A stretch of 64,000 nt of DNA. It comes from a virus (taxonomy: Duplodnaviria; Caudoviricetes). The notes under the pieces are model-generated. The model worked only from the letters and a program-made list of their open reading frames with translations. It was not told the DNA's origin and made no database searches. Shown here in pieces: positions 47,356 to 56,547 of this stretch; positions within the stretch are counted from its first letter, which is position 1, and every line of letters begins with the position of its first letter. The DNA lies in IMG/VR virus record IMGVR_UViG_3300047655_000013, positions 1,077 to 65,076 of that record; one strand, given 5' to 3'. The translations under genes were made by a program, and so were the position numbers.

Positions 47356-48630
47356 TTACCAGCCTTCAGAGTCGCCGAGGCTGATTGCCACGCTGTAGCA
47401 GAAGACATCGAGCGCGTCCATATGGTGGGGGGTTTTGGTACCAATGCGGAAACCGCAAACCTGTGACAGCAGATGATTCCTGGTCTGCCCTTTGTAGTTC
47501 GTCATCTTGTCGTAGGCATAGCGACTGAACTTCACGTCGCCGCGGTAGACATAGCCGCTGACTGAAAGGGCGCGCCCTTCTTTCCCGAGGCTGACAATAT
47601 CTTCATCAATGGGATAGACAGGTAAATCGCGCCTCTGCGACTGTTGGATCAGGACGGTGCCGCTACCCTTGTCTTCCACCCAGATGCCGACATTGCCTTG
47701 GCGAGCGCCAGTTTCCTTGGCCAGATCCTCAAGCCGCTGATTGACCGATGGAAGCCACTCTTCGAGCAGTGCTCCCTGAATCTGGATCAGATCCCAGTCC
47801 AGAATGATCAGTGGATGGCCGGCGATCTTGTTGCGAGCGCAATAAATGACCGCTGTACCGTCATGCTCCAGTCCATCCTTCAGCGCGGTGTCAACGACAG
47901 CAAAGACTTGGTCGCAACGGGTCGGATACTCGACCGGCTGGCCATCCTCAAGCAGACTAAGTTCCGAGAAGAAAGCCGAGCCGCGCCAGTCGACAAAATC
48001 GGCGAGATATTCCTGCTGGTAGACCAGCGGTGGGTAATCATGAATCAGCTTCGCGACGACTTCCGGGTCCAGATGCGGGTTGGACGCCGTCGGCGCATGA
48101 AACTCCACCCACCCCTCAGTAGGATTGGTGCACGCCTCATAGAAATAGTTGTCAGGGTCGATGCCTTTCGGCGTACCGGCCATGATGATCGAGCCGTTAT
48201 AGTCCAACAGCGTTGGACGAATCGACTGATCGATGATCTCTTTGAGGCCCTTCGCCTTGAGGCTTGCCTCGTCGACGATGACCTTGTGATACTTTCGGGA
48301 CCGGCCCGCGTTCTCATCTTCCAAGGTCCAGAATTCAACCAGGCCTCCAGTATTAAGCTGGATGAGCTGGTCGATTTTCGACTTGGACTGAATGACAGGC
48401 TTCAGCGTATGGATCAGATTTCCATACGTCGGCGCATTCAGCTTGTACTTCGGCCCGAGCCAGCCAACGCGCTCACCATTGAATGCCCACTTGGCGGCAC
48501 ATCGCTCGAGAAGGCTTGTTTTCCCGAAACGCCGGCCGCAGCGAATCACAACCTTTTTATGCTGCTGGAATCCGCGGGCGATCTCGATCTGGCGGTCATG
48601 AAGCTTCTGGAGCTTGACGGATTCCTTCAT
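47356..48630 (-). CDS. terL: terminase large subunit
   Basis: CGRRFGKT Walker A, VIVDE Walker B, GTP, nuclease Asp residues. Confidence 0.93.
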   Translation of the reverse strand: MKESVKLQKLHDRQIEIARGFQQHKKVVIRCGRRFGKTSLLERCAAKWAFNGERVGWLGPKYKLNAPTYGNLIHTLKPVIQSKSKIDQLIQLNTGGLVEFWTLEDENAGRSRKYHKVIVDEASLKAKGLKEIIDQSIRPTLLDYNGSIIMAGTPKGIDPDNYFYEACTNPTEGWVEFHAPTASNPHLDPEVVAKLIHDYPPLVYQQEYLADFVDWRGSAFFSELSLLEDGQPVEYPTRCDQVFAVVDTALKDGLEHDGTAVIYCARNKIAGHPLIILDWDLIQIQGALLEEWLPSVNQRLEDLAKETGARQGNVGIWVEDKGSGTVLIQQSQRRDLPVYPIDEDIVSLGKEGRALSVSGYVYRGDVKFSRYAYDKMTNYKGQTRNHLLSQVCGFRIGTKTPHHMDALDVFCYSVAISLGDSEGW

Positions 48631-49145
48631 ACGTCAGGATTCGGGTCGTCAAGCGCGGGCGGATCATCCGGGTTGGCGAATATCTCTTTGTTCGCCTTGA
48701 CCAGATTGAGCCCTATCTCACTGGCCTCGTTGGCCATCCGCGTAAGTACGGCGATGTCTTTAAGCGATTCCCGACTTTTATCATCCAGCGGAGTTGCATC
48801 GTCAATCTCAGCCACTTTCATATTCGCAATACCCGCGAGGCGATGCGAAGTGGCTGCGTTGTAGGCCGCGGCAGAACTTAGATGCCCAAGGGTATTAGTC
48901 AGATTGCGCAGTATCGAAACAGTATCGAATTGTTCCGAAACGGAAAGCTTCCTAAACGAAACTTCTGCCGCAACTATTTGTTTTGCAACGTCTTTTACTG
49001 CGCTTGCGCGTTTCGAAACGTTTTCGCTAATGCGAGTTTTCGAGACCCCGAACTCTCGGGCAAGGTCAGCCGCCCTCTCGCCATCCAGCAGTCGGCGTCG
49101 AATCTCATCCCACTGCGCTTCTGTCAGTTTGGATGGTCGGCCCAT
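48627..49145 (-). CDS. terS: terminase small subunit
   Basis: MGRPSKLT plus HTH; coupled to terL. Confidence 0.75.
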   Translation of the reverse strand: MGRPSKLTEAQWDEIRRRLLDGERAADLAREFGVSKTRISENVSKRASAVKDVAKQIVAAEVSFRKLSVSEQFDTVSILRNLTNTLGHLSSAAAYNAATSHRLAGIANMKVAEIDDATPLDDKSRESLKDIAVLTRMANEASEIGLNLVKANKEIFANPDDPPALDDPNPDV

Positions 49146-49389
49146 GGCTATTCATGGGCGACTGCCCCAGTTGAGTTAAAAATTTCTCTCTGCTCGGTGC
49201 CCATGAGTAGATTCTATTTGGTGAGGCCGTCCACACCGGGCGCTTAGGTCCGAGGATTGGCTACCCCGAGACTGGCAAGGAATTATGTGGCCGGCCTCAA
49301 AGCTTCCAATCAACACAGGTAGCTGCAGAAGCAAGAATAAAAACGCCGCCGAAGCGGCAAACGTCGAGGAGTCGACGCGAGGAGATTGC

Positions 49390-49465
49390 TGGAGCGAACT
49401 GTCGGATTCGAACCGACGACCGAGTGCTTGGAAGGCACTCGCTCTGCCATCTGAGCTAAGTCCGC
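49390..49465 (-). tRNA. tRNA-Gly (anticodon TCC)
   Basis: 76-nt cloverleaf: GCGGACT/AGTTCGC acceptor, CTTCCAA anticodon loop, GTTCGAATC T-loop, U73, encoded CCA. Confidence 0.95.
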
Positions 49466-49473
49466 GGATAGGT

Positions 49474-49613
49474 TGAGAGCGACCAGTGCTGATCCCTGGC
49501 TTGATGACCTCACTGGCGCACACCGATGTCTCAGCATGCCGCGTTACCGCCATCCGACGAACCGGGTGCGAGCCGGCATCCGTGCACAGTCAGCACCTGC
49601 GCATTCACTCTCA
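49474..49613 (-). ncRNA. candidate kissing-loop RNA
   Basis: Outer stem GAGAGTG/CGCTCTC; hairpin loops containing TGCTGA and TCAGCA are complementary. Confidence 0.55.
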
Positions 49614-49896
49614 TTGAAACCGCCAACCCGTTCGCCGCTCGGGCGCGCTTGGCCATCCAGGACGGCAGTCTGCGGTTTCAATGAAAGGGCTCGTTTCGTG
49701 AGCCGGTCGGCTTGCGCGTCCGCAAGCACCGTTGGGGCATAGCTTCTTGCCGGGATGGCATTTCATCACGCCCATGTGAATGGCGACCAACGCCGGATTT
49801 CAGGTCCGAGGTCTGCGACGGTTGGCATACCAAGCCATTCATATGGGCGGCCAGCCCGTAGTCAAGCTGCCGAGCCTATCGGCTGGCTGGCCGAAA

Positions 49897-50094
49897 TCAA
49901 TGCCGTGTAGCGAACAACGCGTGGGCGCCTTCTTCCGGCGTCAGCCCAGCGCTGTAATAGCCCGCAAGCTGCTCGTAGACGCCGAGTGTCGGTTTCCATG
50001 GCACGACGATCAGGCCGGCATGCAAGGCGGCGTCGATCGCCGAGCGAGACCATTCACTCAACATGGCTTGCTCGGCCTCTGACAGGTCGTTCAT
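49897..50094 (-). CDS. hypothetical protein
   Basis: ATGA-coupled small ORF. Confidence 0.6.
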   Translation of the reverse strand: MNDLSEAEQAMLSEWSRSAIDAALHAGLIVVPWKPTLGVYEQLAGYYSAGLTPEEGAHALFATRH

Positions 50095-50372
50095 ACATAT
50101 AGCTCGCGAGGATGCACGCCACGAGGCAATGCGAGGTGCTGCACTCGGCCATGTGCCCAGCAATACCCGACATTCAAGTCTCGCTCGGCCATGCGAGCCG
50201 CACTTTCGCTTCGGTACAGCTTAGGCTCACTATGCCACGCGGTTAGCTGCGTATCGTTCTGACCCATATACCGCCACCAGACGCACCATGGATAGTCATA
50301 GAGCCGCGCGCCGCAGTACTCACAGTGGCTTGCGTCTTCTGCGTTCTCGCGGGTACATCCAACGCATTTCAC
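50091..50372 (-). CDS. zinc-ribbon protein
   Basis: KCVGC...HCEYCG. Confidence 0.6.
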   Translation of the reverse strand: MKCVGCTRENAEDASHCEYCGARLYDYPWCVWWRYMGQNDTQLTAWHSEPKLYRSESAARMAERDLNVGYCWAHGRVQHLALPRGVHPRELYV

Positions 50373-50491
50373 TTCTGCAAAGCCCGAAGCGCATCGAGTT
50401 GAGCGATGTACCACGCCTTCAATGCCGGATCGAGGTTGCGCTGGCGCTCTACTGCTTGCTCCAGGCTGTCGATGATTTCTGCTGCAGTCAT
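50369..50491 (-). CDS. small helical protein (40 aa)
   Basis: Coupled at both ends; MTAAEIIDSLEQAVERQRNLDP. Confidence 0.5.
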   Translation of the reverse strand: MTAAEIIDSLEQAVERQRNLDPALKAWYIAQLDALRALQK

Positions 50492-50727
50492 ACGAACAGG
50501 CTCTCCAAGGCTTCCCACGCAGCACTTCGCGGCTTCGGCGCCGTTTCTTCAGCCAGAAATTCCGCAAACGATTTGGTCTGACGCTTCACTTCAGGTTCGA
50601 TCCAGCGGCGCGGGAATTCGGGAAGAGGCGAGTTGGTGACGCGCTCACGTTGCTGGCGATTCTCCCGCGATTGCTTCGCCGACAAGATTTCCATCGGATC
50701 ACGGTATGCGCGAGAAGCGAGGGCCAT
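50488..50727 (-). CDS. hypothetical protein, first late gene
   Basis: MALASRAYRDPMEIL; directly after tR'-like terminator. Confidence 0.55.
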   Translation of the reverse strand: MALASRAYRDPMEILSAKQSRENRQQRERVTNSPLPEFPRRWIEPEVKRQTKSFAEFLAEETAPKPRSAAWEALESLFV

Positions 50728-50743
50728 TTGACGCCTGGAATGC

Positions 50744-50769
50744 AAAAAGCCCGCTAGTTAGGCGGGCTT
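50744..50769 (-). terminator. tR'-like terminator after late promoter
   Basis: AAGCCCGC stem plus T5, ~150 nt downstream of promoter. Confidence 0.7.
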
Positions 50770-50922
50770 ATCAGTAAATTCTGGAGACGACTATCCAGCG
50801 AAAGCCGGAGTGAGCATTGGTATGACTGCAAGTGGCTCGTGCTGGTTGTCAGGGGATTGCCGCTGGTTTTGCGGTAGCGCCTACCTGGCCGGACACGTAG
50901 CGGTTAATATTCGCTCGCCATT

Positions 50923-50951
50923 AGTATATGACGAAATTTAGGGGTATACAA
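50923..50951 (-). promoter_or_regulatory. late promoter (pR'-like)
   Basis: TTGTAT-N17-TATACT on - strand, downstream of Q-like gene. Confidence 0.65.
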
Positions 50952-50959
50952 TAATTATT

Positions 50960-51232
50960 TTACGCTGGAGAAATGGTCTTATCGATCAGCTTCATCGCGT
51001 CGTTCATTCGGACGGCAAGGTGTGGGATTGATTGATCCATCAGGATTTCGCGGATTTCCTGCAAGGCAACACGGCGAGACCGCTGCCAGGCATCCCAGGC
51101 CCATCTTATTTCGTCTCGCTCGTAACCGAACTCTTCACTGCGGTTTGCCTTCATTTCTGCAAGGGCGGACGCTCGAAACATTTCCGGAACGTCGCTGACC
51201 CAATGATTCTCGAATTGCTCCCGATCTGTCAT
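50960..51232 (-). CDS. hypothetical protein
   Basis: REQFE..W...AWDAWQ motif; coupled to Q-like gene. Confidence 0.65.
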   Translation of the reverse strand: MTDREQFENHWVSDVPEMFRASALAEMKANRSEEFGYERDEIRWAWDAWQRSRRVALQEIREILMDQSIPHLAVRMNDAMKLIDKTISPA

Positions 51233-51771
51233 GCCGCCTCCGCCGTTTCTTCAAACGCCCCAAACGCTTTCATTGCACCGACCCGATGAGAGGACACGGC
51301 GCCACGAAGGCATTCGAGGATGGTTTCATAGTCACGTTCGTGTTGCCTCCATGCGCCGGCGGCGAGCCTCGCCATGTGCGCCCGTTCATGTTCGCCGTAC
51401 ACGTGTACACCCGTCCCACTGCACGACGGACATTCGCTGATGACGCCTCGCTTGTCCGTGATGACTGCGCGGCCACCGCACTTCCGGCAGTTGTCGTTCA
51501 ACCATTCCTTAACAGCGGCATGGCATAGCGTCTTGAGAACGTTCCTGCCGCGACGCGCATAGAAGCGCTCGCCGAGCAGATGAACGCACCGGCCGTAGAC
51601 CGTGTGATCGTGCGCCCACTTCAGGCGCTCAAGCATCGCGCCGAGTTTGTCGCCTGACATGCCGCGCGCGGCGATGTAGTCAGCGTCAGTCGGCGCGGTA
51701 TCGGACCATCGGAGATTTCCCGAATTAACGGCCCGCGCTTCACGTCGTCGAAAACCCGAGAAACTTGTCAT
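51229..51771 (-). CDS. Q-like late antiterminator
   Basis: CRKCGG...CPSCSGTG zinc finger; position before pR'/tR'. Confidence 0.65.
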   Translation of the reverse strand: MTSFSGFRRREARAVNSGNLRWSDTAPTDADYIAARGMSGDKLGAMLERLKWAHDHTVYGRCVHLLGERFYARRGRNVLKTLCHAAVKEWLNDNCRKCGGRAVITDKRGVISECPSCSGTGVHVYGEHERAHMARLAAGAWRQHERDYETILECLRGAVSSHRVGAMKAFGAFEETAEAA

Positions 51772-51887
51772 TTGAACCCCGCAGCACGATATCTAGTTGG
51801 ACCCAACAAGCCGTACACAACCGGTTGCGATATTCTACCAAAAACTAAGGACAACTACAATTATTTAGTTCTGTCAACAGTCAATTT

Positions 51888-52124
51888 TCATTGATCTTCG
51901 TGCCCCGTCAAGTTGATAAACCGATAGTCCACTCCGCCAGTCCGTTCGCGCTCCAATTCCTCCATCCCCTCCTTCAACTCACCGAACAGGTCCCGCTCGG
52001 GGGAGTCGCGGTGTTTGCGGCGATGAAATGTTGGCGGCGGCACACGATGCACACGCATCAGCACAACCATCGTGAGCAAGCCGAAGGTGAGGGCGCCTGT
52101 TAGGTAGGCTAGGATGTAGAGCAT
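51888..52124 (-). CDS. membrane-anchored hypothetical protein
   Basis: N-terminal TM helix. Confidence 0.5.
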   Translation of the reverse strand: MLYILAYLTGALTFGLLTMVVLMRVHRVPPPTFHRRKHRDSPERDLFGELKEGMEELERERTGGVDYRFINLTGHEDQ

Positions 52125-52290
52125 ATGTCCCTCGGGTCGGTGACTCGCATCAGACGCCAGAAATAGGCTATTCGTATGGCACTATCCAGAGTTGGCGAAT
52201 GAAATGCCGCTTGGCCGGGGAAGCGTACCCACCACATCGGATCGCCGTATTTGCGCGTCATGCCAGCGCGCGGCTTTACTGTTTGCAGGT

Positions 52291-52482
52291 TCATAGTGCC
52301 CTCCCATTCGGCACGCATGACAGGGCGGGCGAGTTGCCGTTATAGCCGCCGTCCTTGACTAGAACGCAATGCGCCCATGCCGTGTCGAATTCCTGATAGC
52401 CTTTGTCGTCTGCCCTAGTCCGGTCTGAGCAACCTCCCAAGATGAGCGTCAGATACAGTGAAACGGCGATTGCGTTTTTCAT
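52291..52482 (-). CDS. small lipoprotein
   Basis: Signal peptide with LGGC lipobox. Confidence 0.55.
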   Translation of the reverse strand: MKNAIAVSLYLTLILGGCSDRTRADDKGYQEFDTAWAHCVLVKDGGYNGNSPALSCVPNGRAL

Positions 52483-52769
52483 GCTGACCCCTTGGAGATC
52501 TCTGAATCGATATAAGAATCAGCATCCTCTTCCGTCAGCAGATACAAGGCGCCATCTTCTCCCTCGCAATCAATCCAACATCCTGCCGCCGGACCTTCGG
52601 CGTCCAAGCATGCGCGGCGGTTAATGCTGCGGAGATAGCAATAGCGCGCCGCATCAGCTCGCAACGCCCGAACCTCGACGATAAGAGCGAGGACGGTTGC
52701 TCCAGATACCGGAGCGCCCGGTAATTTGCTGGAGTTGATTAGCCTCTCCAGTTCTTCGAGATTGGTCAT
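52479..52769 (-). CDS. hypothetical protein (Ead/Ea22-like)
   Basis: ATVLALI.EV..LR.DAARY..LR motif. Confidence 0.65.
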   Translation of the reverse strand: MTNLEELERLINSSKLPGAPVSGATVLALIVEVRALRADAARYCYLRSINRRACLDAEGPAAGCWIDCEGEDGALYLLTEEDADSYIDSEISKGSA

Positions 52770-52893
52770 GCCGACCTCGGATAGTTGATAAGGAGAAGGA
52801 GGATGAGTGGCCACCCTGTTTGCGTCCAGTGGATGCCGATCACGACCAATAGCATGATCACGATGTTTTCGATTACTGCCCATGCGTAGTCGG

Positions 52894-53082
52894 TCATCTG
52901 GTCTCCGCATCATGAATGCACACATAATCGACCTGCTGATATGTGCGCTGAAGTTTCCCGGCGACAGCTTGACCCGCGGCCTCACACGCATTTTGTTGAT
53001 AGAAGCGCGCGTTGGTGATGGCAATATCGTCGTTATGCGACATCATCCCGGCGTGAATCATGACTAGCAAAATCCAGTTCAT
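52894..53082 (-). CDS. small hypothetical protein
   Basis: ATGA overlap with ninG. Confidence 0.5.
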   Translation of the reverse strand: MNWILLVMIHAGMMSHNDDIAITNARFYQQNACEAAGQAVAGKLQRTYQQVDYVCIHDAETR

Positions 53083-53678
53083 TCCACCATCTCCAGTTGA
53101 TTGACTTCGTTTGCCTTCTTCATCCGCCGGACCTCGGCGCGGTAGTACGCTTTCATTTCGACGATCTCGGGGATAGTTAGCTTTAGCGGCTCTTGCGGGC
53201 CTTCCAGTCGCTCGACTTCGGCGAGACCAATTTTCTTGACCAGATTGACGCGATATGCGACCAGGAAGCCGGATTGATGACGGTTGCATGGCAAACACTG
53301 CTTATGGACGTTGGCCGCGTCGAAACGAATAGCAGGGCTGGAACCTCGAGACAAATAATGCCCCGCGTCCCATTGACCTTGCCACGATGCCGGGCGGCCG
53401 CACGAGATGCATGGTAATTCTGCATCCCGACCACGCACCCATGCGTTGAACGCCGCCTGCAATTCCTTCAGATGCTCCCCGCGAGTCTTGACCTTCTCAA
53501 GAGCGGCGCGGAGGGATTTCTTTTCTTCGCGCTTGGCTCGCGCTTCTTTCTGTGCCCGCTGTTTCGCTGACCATGCTTGAGCGCAAGCGGGCGAGCAGGC
53601 AAACTGAAGCGTCCGTTGCGGAACGAAAACAACGGGGCACATGCGGCACTTCTTGGGTTTGTGCGAGGCGCGCATCAT
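53079..53678 (-). CDS. ninG: NinG/Rap recombination endonuclease
   Basis: CRMC..CS..CA; Q..FN..VR.RD..LPCISCG; DAGHY; N.HKQC..CN. Confidence 0.92.
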   Translation of the reverse strand: MMRASHKPKKCRMCPVVFVPQRTLQFACSPACAQAWSAKQRAQKEARAKREEKKSLRAALEKVKTRGEHLKELQAAFNAWVRGRDAELPCISCGRPASWQGQWDAGHYLSRGSSPAIRFDAANVHKQCLPCNRHQSGFLVAYRVNLVKKIGLAEVERLEGPQEPLKLTIPEIVEMKAYYRAEVRRMKKANEVNQLEMVE

Positions 53679-54148
53679 TGCTCGAACTCCACCAAAACAG
53701 CCTCCACCGTTCTCTCCCGGCCTTCGTCGTTCAAATGTGGCCATAGATATCGATAGGCCTGCGGCGAACGAATGAATGCCTTGATACCTTCGTGGACGTC
53801 ATGGAATTCGACATCGTCCAAAGCCTCGTAAGCGATCGACTTCGGGAGCGCCACTAGTGAACCATCCGGACCTGGGACGAAATCGCAATGACCCGCACCA
53901 GTTTCTAGCCACTTGCGCATGTGCTCGGCATCGTCAAACACTTCCTGCGTGGCGAAGAACGCGCCAAGCATTGCAAAATGGAGGCGATGAAATTTGGCGC
54001 TGCGCGGAATCTTGAAATCGAACGCGAGCGTCTGGCCCGGCCGCAGATTGGCCAACTTAGTGCGAAATCGCCCGTAGGCGCGTTCGTCCTTTTCGGTCAG
54101 GCCGGCGAGCTTGCCGCTCTCGTCTATCTGGAGGATGACTTTGCTCAT
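53675..54148 (-). CDS. NinB/DUF1367-like protein
   Basis: PRS..FHR..FA.L...PKSI motif. Confidence 0.65.
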   Translation of the reverse strand: MSKVILQIDESGKLAGLTEKDERAYGRFRTKLANLRPGQTLAFDFKIPRSAKFHRLHFAMLGAFFATQEVFDDAEHMRKWLETGAGHCDFVPGPDGSLVALPKSIAYEALDDVEFHDVHEGIKAFIRSPQAYRYLWPHLNDEGRERTVEAVLVEFEQ

Positions 54149-54873
54149 TGGTCGGACCACTCCAGTTTCTGCGGAAGCGGCGGAATCGTCTCCAGCGTCT
54201 CCAGGTTGATGAATGTGAAATACCCGTCCCGGAACACAGCGCCCGTGTCGATGTGATAGACGTTCCCCAACACAGCAGGGCGCTTGAGCGGCGTGTGTCC
54301 CACAATCACCGCGCGCACATCGGAAACGCCCGAATGGTCCTCAGATTGGATTCGGTTGCGATCCCACAGGCAATGATTCGTGATTGCCTTGAGTTTGTTG
54401 TTGCTCGTGACCTTTGAAAACTGATCAACCATCTGCGCCCAAGTTTCGCCGGCCACATCTGCATGCACGATGCCGATCATCCCCTCGGCCGTGTCAACTT
54501 CGATGGCGTAGGGCAGCGTCGCCAGGTTAAGCGCATATTCGTTCTGCTCGTGAGGCGTCGTGCCGATCAGCCACGCCCCGCCGTTGGCCGCGTAGTGGTG
54601 GGGGTCGCGGTTGCCGGGATCGACGTATCTTATTGCCATATCCTCATGATTCCCCTGCACGGCGTGAAACCACGGCTTGGCAATCCATTCAAGACACAAT
54701 TCGGAATCCGGGCCGCGGTCGACCAGATCGCCGACGCTAAAAAGTCGGTCAACCGCTGGGTCAAAGCCGATACCGTCAAGAGCGATTTGCAGCGATTTGA
54801 AACATCCATGGATATCGCCGACGGCGAAATCGCGGCCGACAGTGTTGCGCTCGAAGTGTTTGACGAAGTTCAT
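54145..54873 (-). CDS. ninI: NinI-like serine/threonine phosphatase (metallophosphoesterase)
   Basis: GDIHG, GDLVDRG, GNHE, GHT, IDTG. Confidence 0.92.
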   Translation of the reverse strand: MNFVKHFERNTVGRDFAVGDIHGCFKSLQIALDGIGFDPAVDRLFSVGDLVDRGPDSELCLEWIAKPWFHAVQGNHEDMAIRYVDPGNRDPHHYAANGGAWLIGTTPHEQNEYALNLATLPYAIEVDTAEGMIGIVHADVAGETWAQMVDQFSKVTSNNKLKAITNHCLWDRNRIQSEDHSGVSDVRAVIVGHTPLKRPAVLGNVYHIDTGAVFRDGYFTFINLETLETIPPLPQKLEWSDQ

Positions 54874-55015
54874 GCCAACACCACCCAACAGCAAAGGAAA
54901 ACACCGAACCACAGAAATCCCGTATCGGTGACGCCGTGAATATTCATTTAGGCCGCTACTGCAGCGAGCCCGATGCCAAGACCGGCGGTGATGAGACGGC
55001 GGATTTTGGATTGGT

Positions 55016-55333
55016 TCACGCTTCCTCCGGAACAAGGTCGGCCAGATGAAACACCTCCAACCCTAACTTGTCGGCAACCATGCGCTCGATCTTCGCGCCG
55101 AAGGATTCGGTCCAGCCGGGCAGGAGACAAATTGCCGTGCAACCCTTCATCGCCAGCAGATCAGCCGCGATGCAATCGAGCCAGTTCGCCGCTTCATCAG
55201 GGTTGATCTCGACTGGATTCACGACTTCCCATCGCATGTTGCGCAAGCGGACTGCCGTTCGATTGAACAAGGGGAAGTTGAGGCGCGGAATATCGCTCAT
55301 CGGCCCGCTGATGTAGATCTTGCCTTTAGTCAC
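55016..55333 (-). CDS. DUF4406 protein
   Basis: IYISGPMS..P..NFP.F...NP...LPGW..S.GA..E. Confidence 0.8.
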   Translation of the reverse strand: MTKGKIYISGPMSDIPRLNFPLFNRTAVRLRNMRWEVVNPVEINPDEAANWLDCIAADLLAMKGCTAICLLPGWTESFGAKIERMVADKLGLEVFHLADLVPEEA

Positions 55334-55523
55334 ACAAGCCTCCTTCGCTTTCCTCAACCGTTGCCACCGCCGGCCCATCAGCGCACAGCGTGGCCCGAAT
55401 GGCGCGCTGCTGAAGCTCGATCGCAAGCCTCTTGAATCGGTCAAGGCTGCAATGGATCCCGGCGCCGCCCATTAATTCGATGATCTCGGCAGTCGTATAG
55501 CCGATGACGGTTGTCGTAGTCAT
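55326..55523 (-). CDS. hypothetical protein
   Basis: Coupled small ORF. Confidence 0.45.
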   Translation of the reverse strand: MTTTTVIGYTTAEIIELMGGAGIHCSLDRFKRLAIELQQRAIRATLCADGPAVATVEESEGGLCD

Positions 55524-56062
55524 ACAGTCTCCAGTTCATCATGCAGATGAATCACCATGTCTTGCTTATAGACTCGGCCTTTCGTTCCGGCGGGTGCGGA
55601 GACCTGACCGGAAGCCGTGGCGAATGGGTTGACCATTTTTCTCCCGACCTTCTGGCCTTTGGATGCGAAGGGCTTTGGCAGATCAGGCATACCGTTGGCG
55701 ATTCCCCATTTGGGAGCCCATTTGCCCGCACCCGGAGGCGGCTCCCATCCAGCGATGCGAAACTCGTCCCGATAAAGGCTCTTCAGGTTTTCGACGGCGC
55801 GATATTTGATGCCGAGACGCTTCCCGATTTCTCGCGAGGTCAGCGCGATCTCCGTCTCGAGCAACTTCAGCATCCGGTCAAGGCCCGGACGAACCTTAAC
55901 GACACCGGCCAGCGGGCGCGACAGCCCCTCTATGCGCGCAGTCCGCCGCACTGATGCGGGAGTGTGACGCGGGAAAAGTGCCATCAGTTCGGCGCAAGAA
56001 GAAGCGGTCGCGTATTGATCACGCAACAAGGTGATTTCCGTTGTGAGCCAGTCGTTTTTCAC
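55520..56062 (-). CDS. putative DNA-binding protein
   Basis: W...E..LL...Y motif plus LTSREIGKRLGI HTH. Confidence 0.6.
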   Translation of the reverse strand: MKNDWLTTEITLLRDQYATASSCAELMALFPRHTPASVRRTARIEGLSRPLAGVVKVRPGLDRMLKLLETEIALTSREIGKRLGIKYRAVENLKSLYRDEFRIAGWEPPPGAGKWAPKWGIANGMPDLPKPFASKGQKVGRKMVNPFATASGQVSAPAGTKGRVYKQDMVIHLHDELETV

Positions 56063-56547
56063 GCGGCCTCCTTTGCCTGAAAATCCGCGTACACGTCGCC
56101 GCTTTTGACGCGCCCGATGATCGTGTTCGCCGCCTTGCGCAGTTCACTGCGGTCAGCAATTGCAAGCTGCTGGTCATGAACGCTCAACGCGATTTTCAAA
56201 GCGGCAATCGCCTCGGCGTCCAATGCGTAGCTGCCAGTGCTTTCGGCCCGACGCATCGCGCGCATCATGCCGATCATCGCGGCCTTGATGTCTTCGATGT
56301 ACTCGACGCCAATTCCCTGCTCACAGAGGATCAGGGCCATGTTGAGATTGCCGGCAAGGTCGTACCACGATTCGCTAGTCGGACAGCGCATTAGAGCTTC
56401 AAAAGACATGTGATGACCGAGCGCTATTTCGGTCTGACGCTGTTCGTTGAGCGGCTTTGCATCCATCCGGCGTTCATTGGCGGTGACGGCACGCTCGAGC
56501 CAACGATTCGGGTTGTAGCGCTTGCGAGGTTTTTTGTTGTCAGCCAT
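56059..56547 (-). CDS. hypothetical phage protein
   Basis: KKPRKRYNP...HDQQL motif. Confidence 0.65.
   Translation of the reverse strand: MADNKKPRKRYNPNRWLERAVTANERRMDAKPLNEQRQTEIALGHHMSFEALMRCPTSESWYDLAGNLNMALILCEQGIGVEYIEDIKAAMIGMMRAMRRAESTGSYALDAEAIAALKIALSVHDQQLAIADRSELRKAANTIIGRVKSGDVYADFQAKEAA

Noticed and set aside
47644-48864. 406-aa + strand ORF
   Set aside because: Antisense shadow of terminase genes
49176-49553. 125-aa - strand ORF
   Set aside because: Runs through a clear tRNA-Gly and structured elements; no protein-like features
49781-49836. Second canonical tRNA ending in GCCA on - strand
   Set aside because: No TTCGA T-loop, D-arm or anticodon arm; kept only as a tRNA-like candidate
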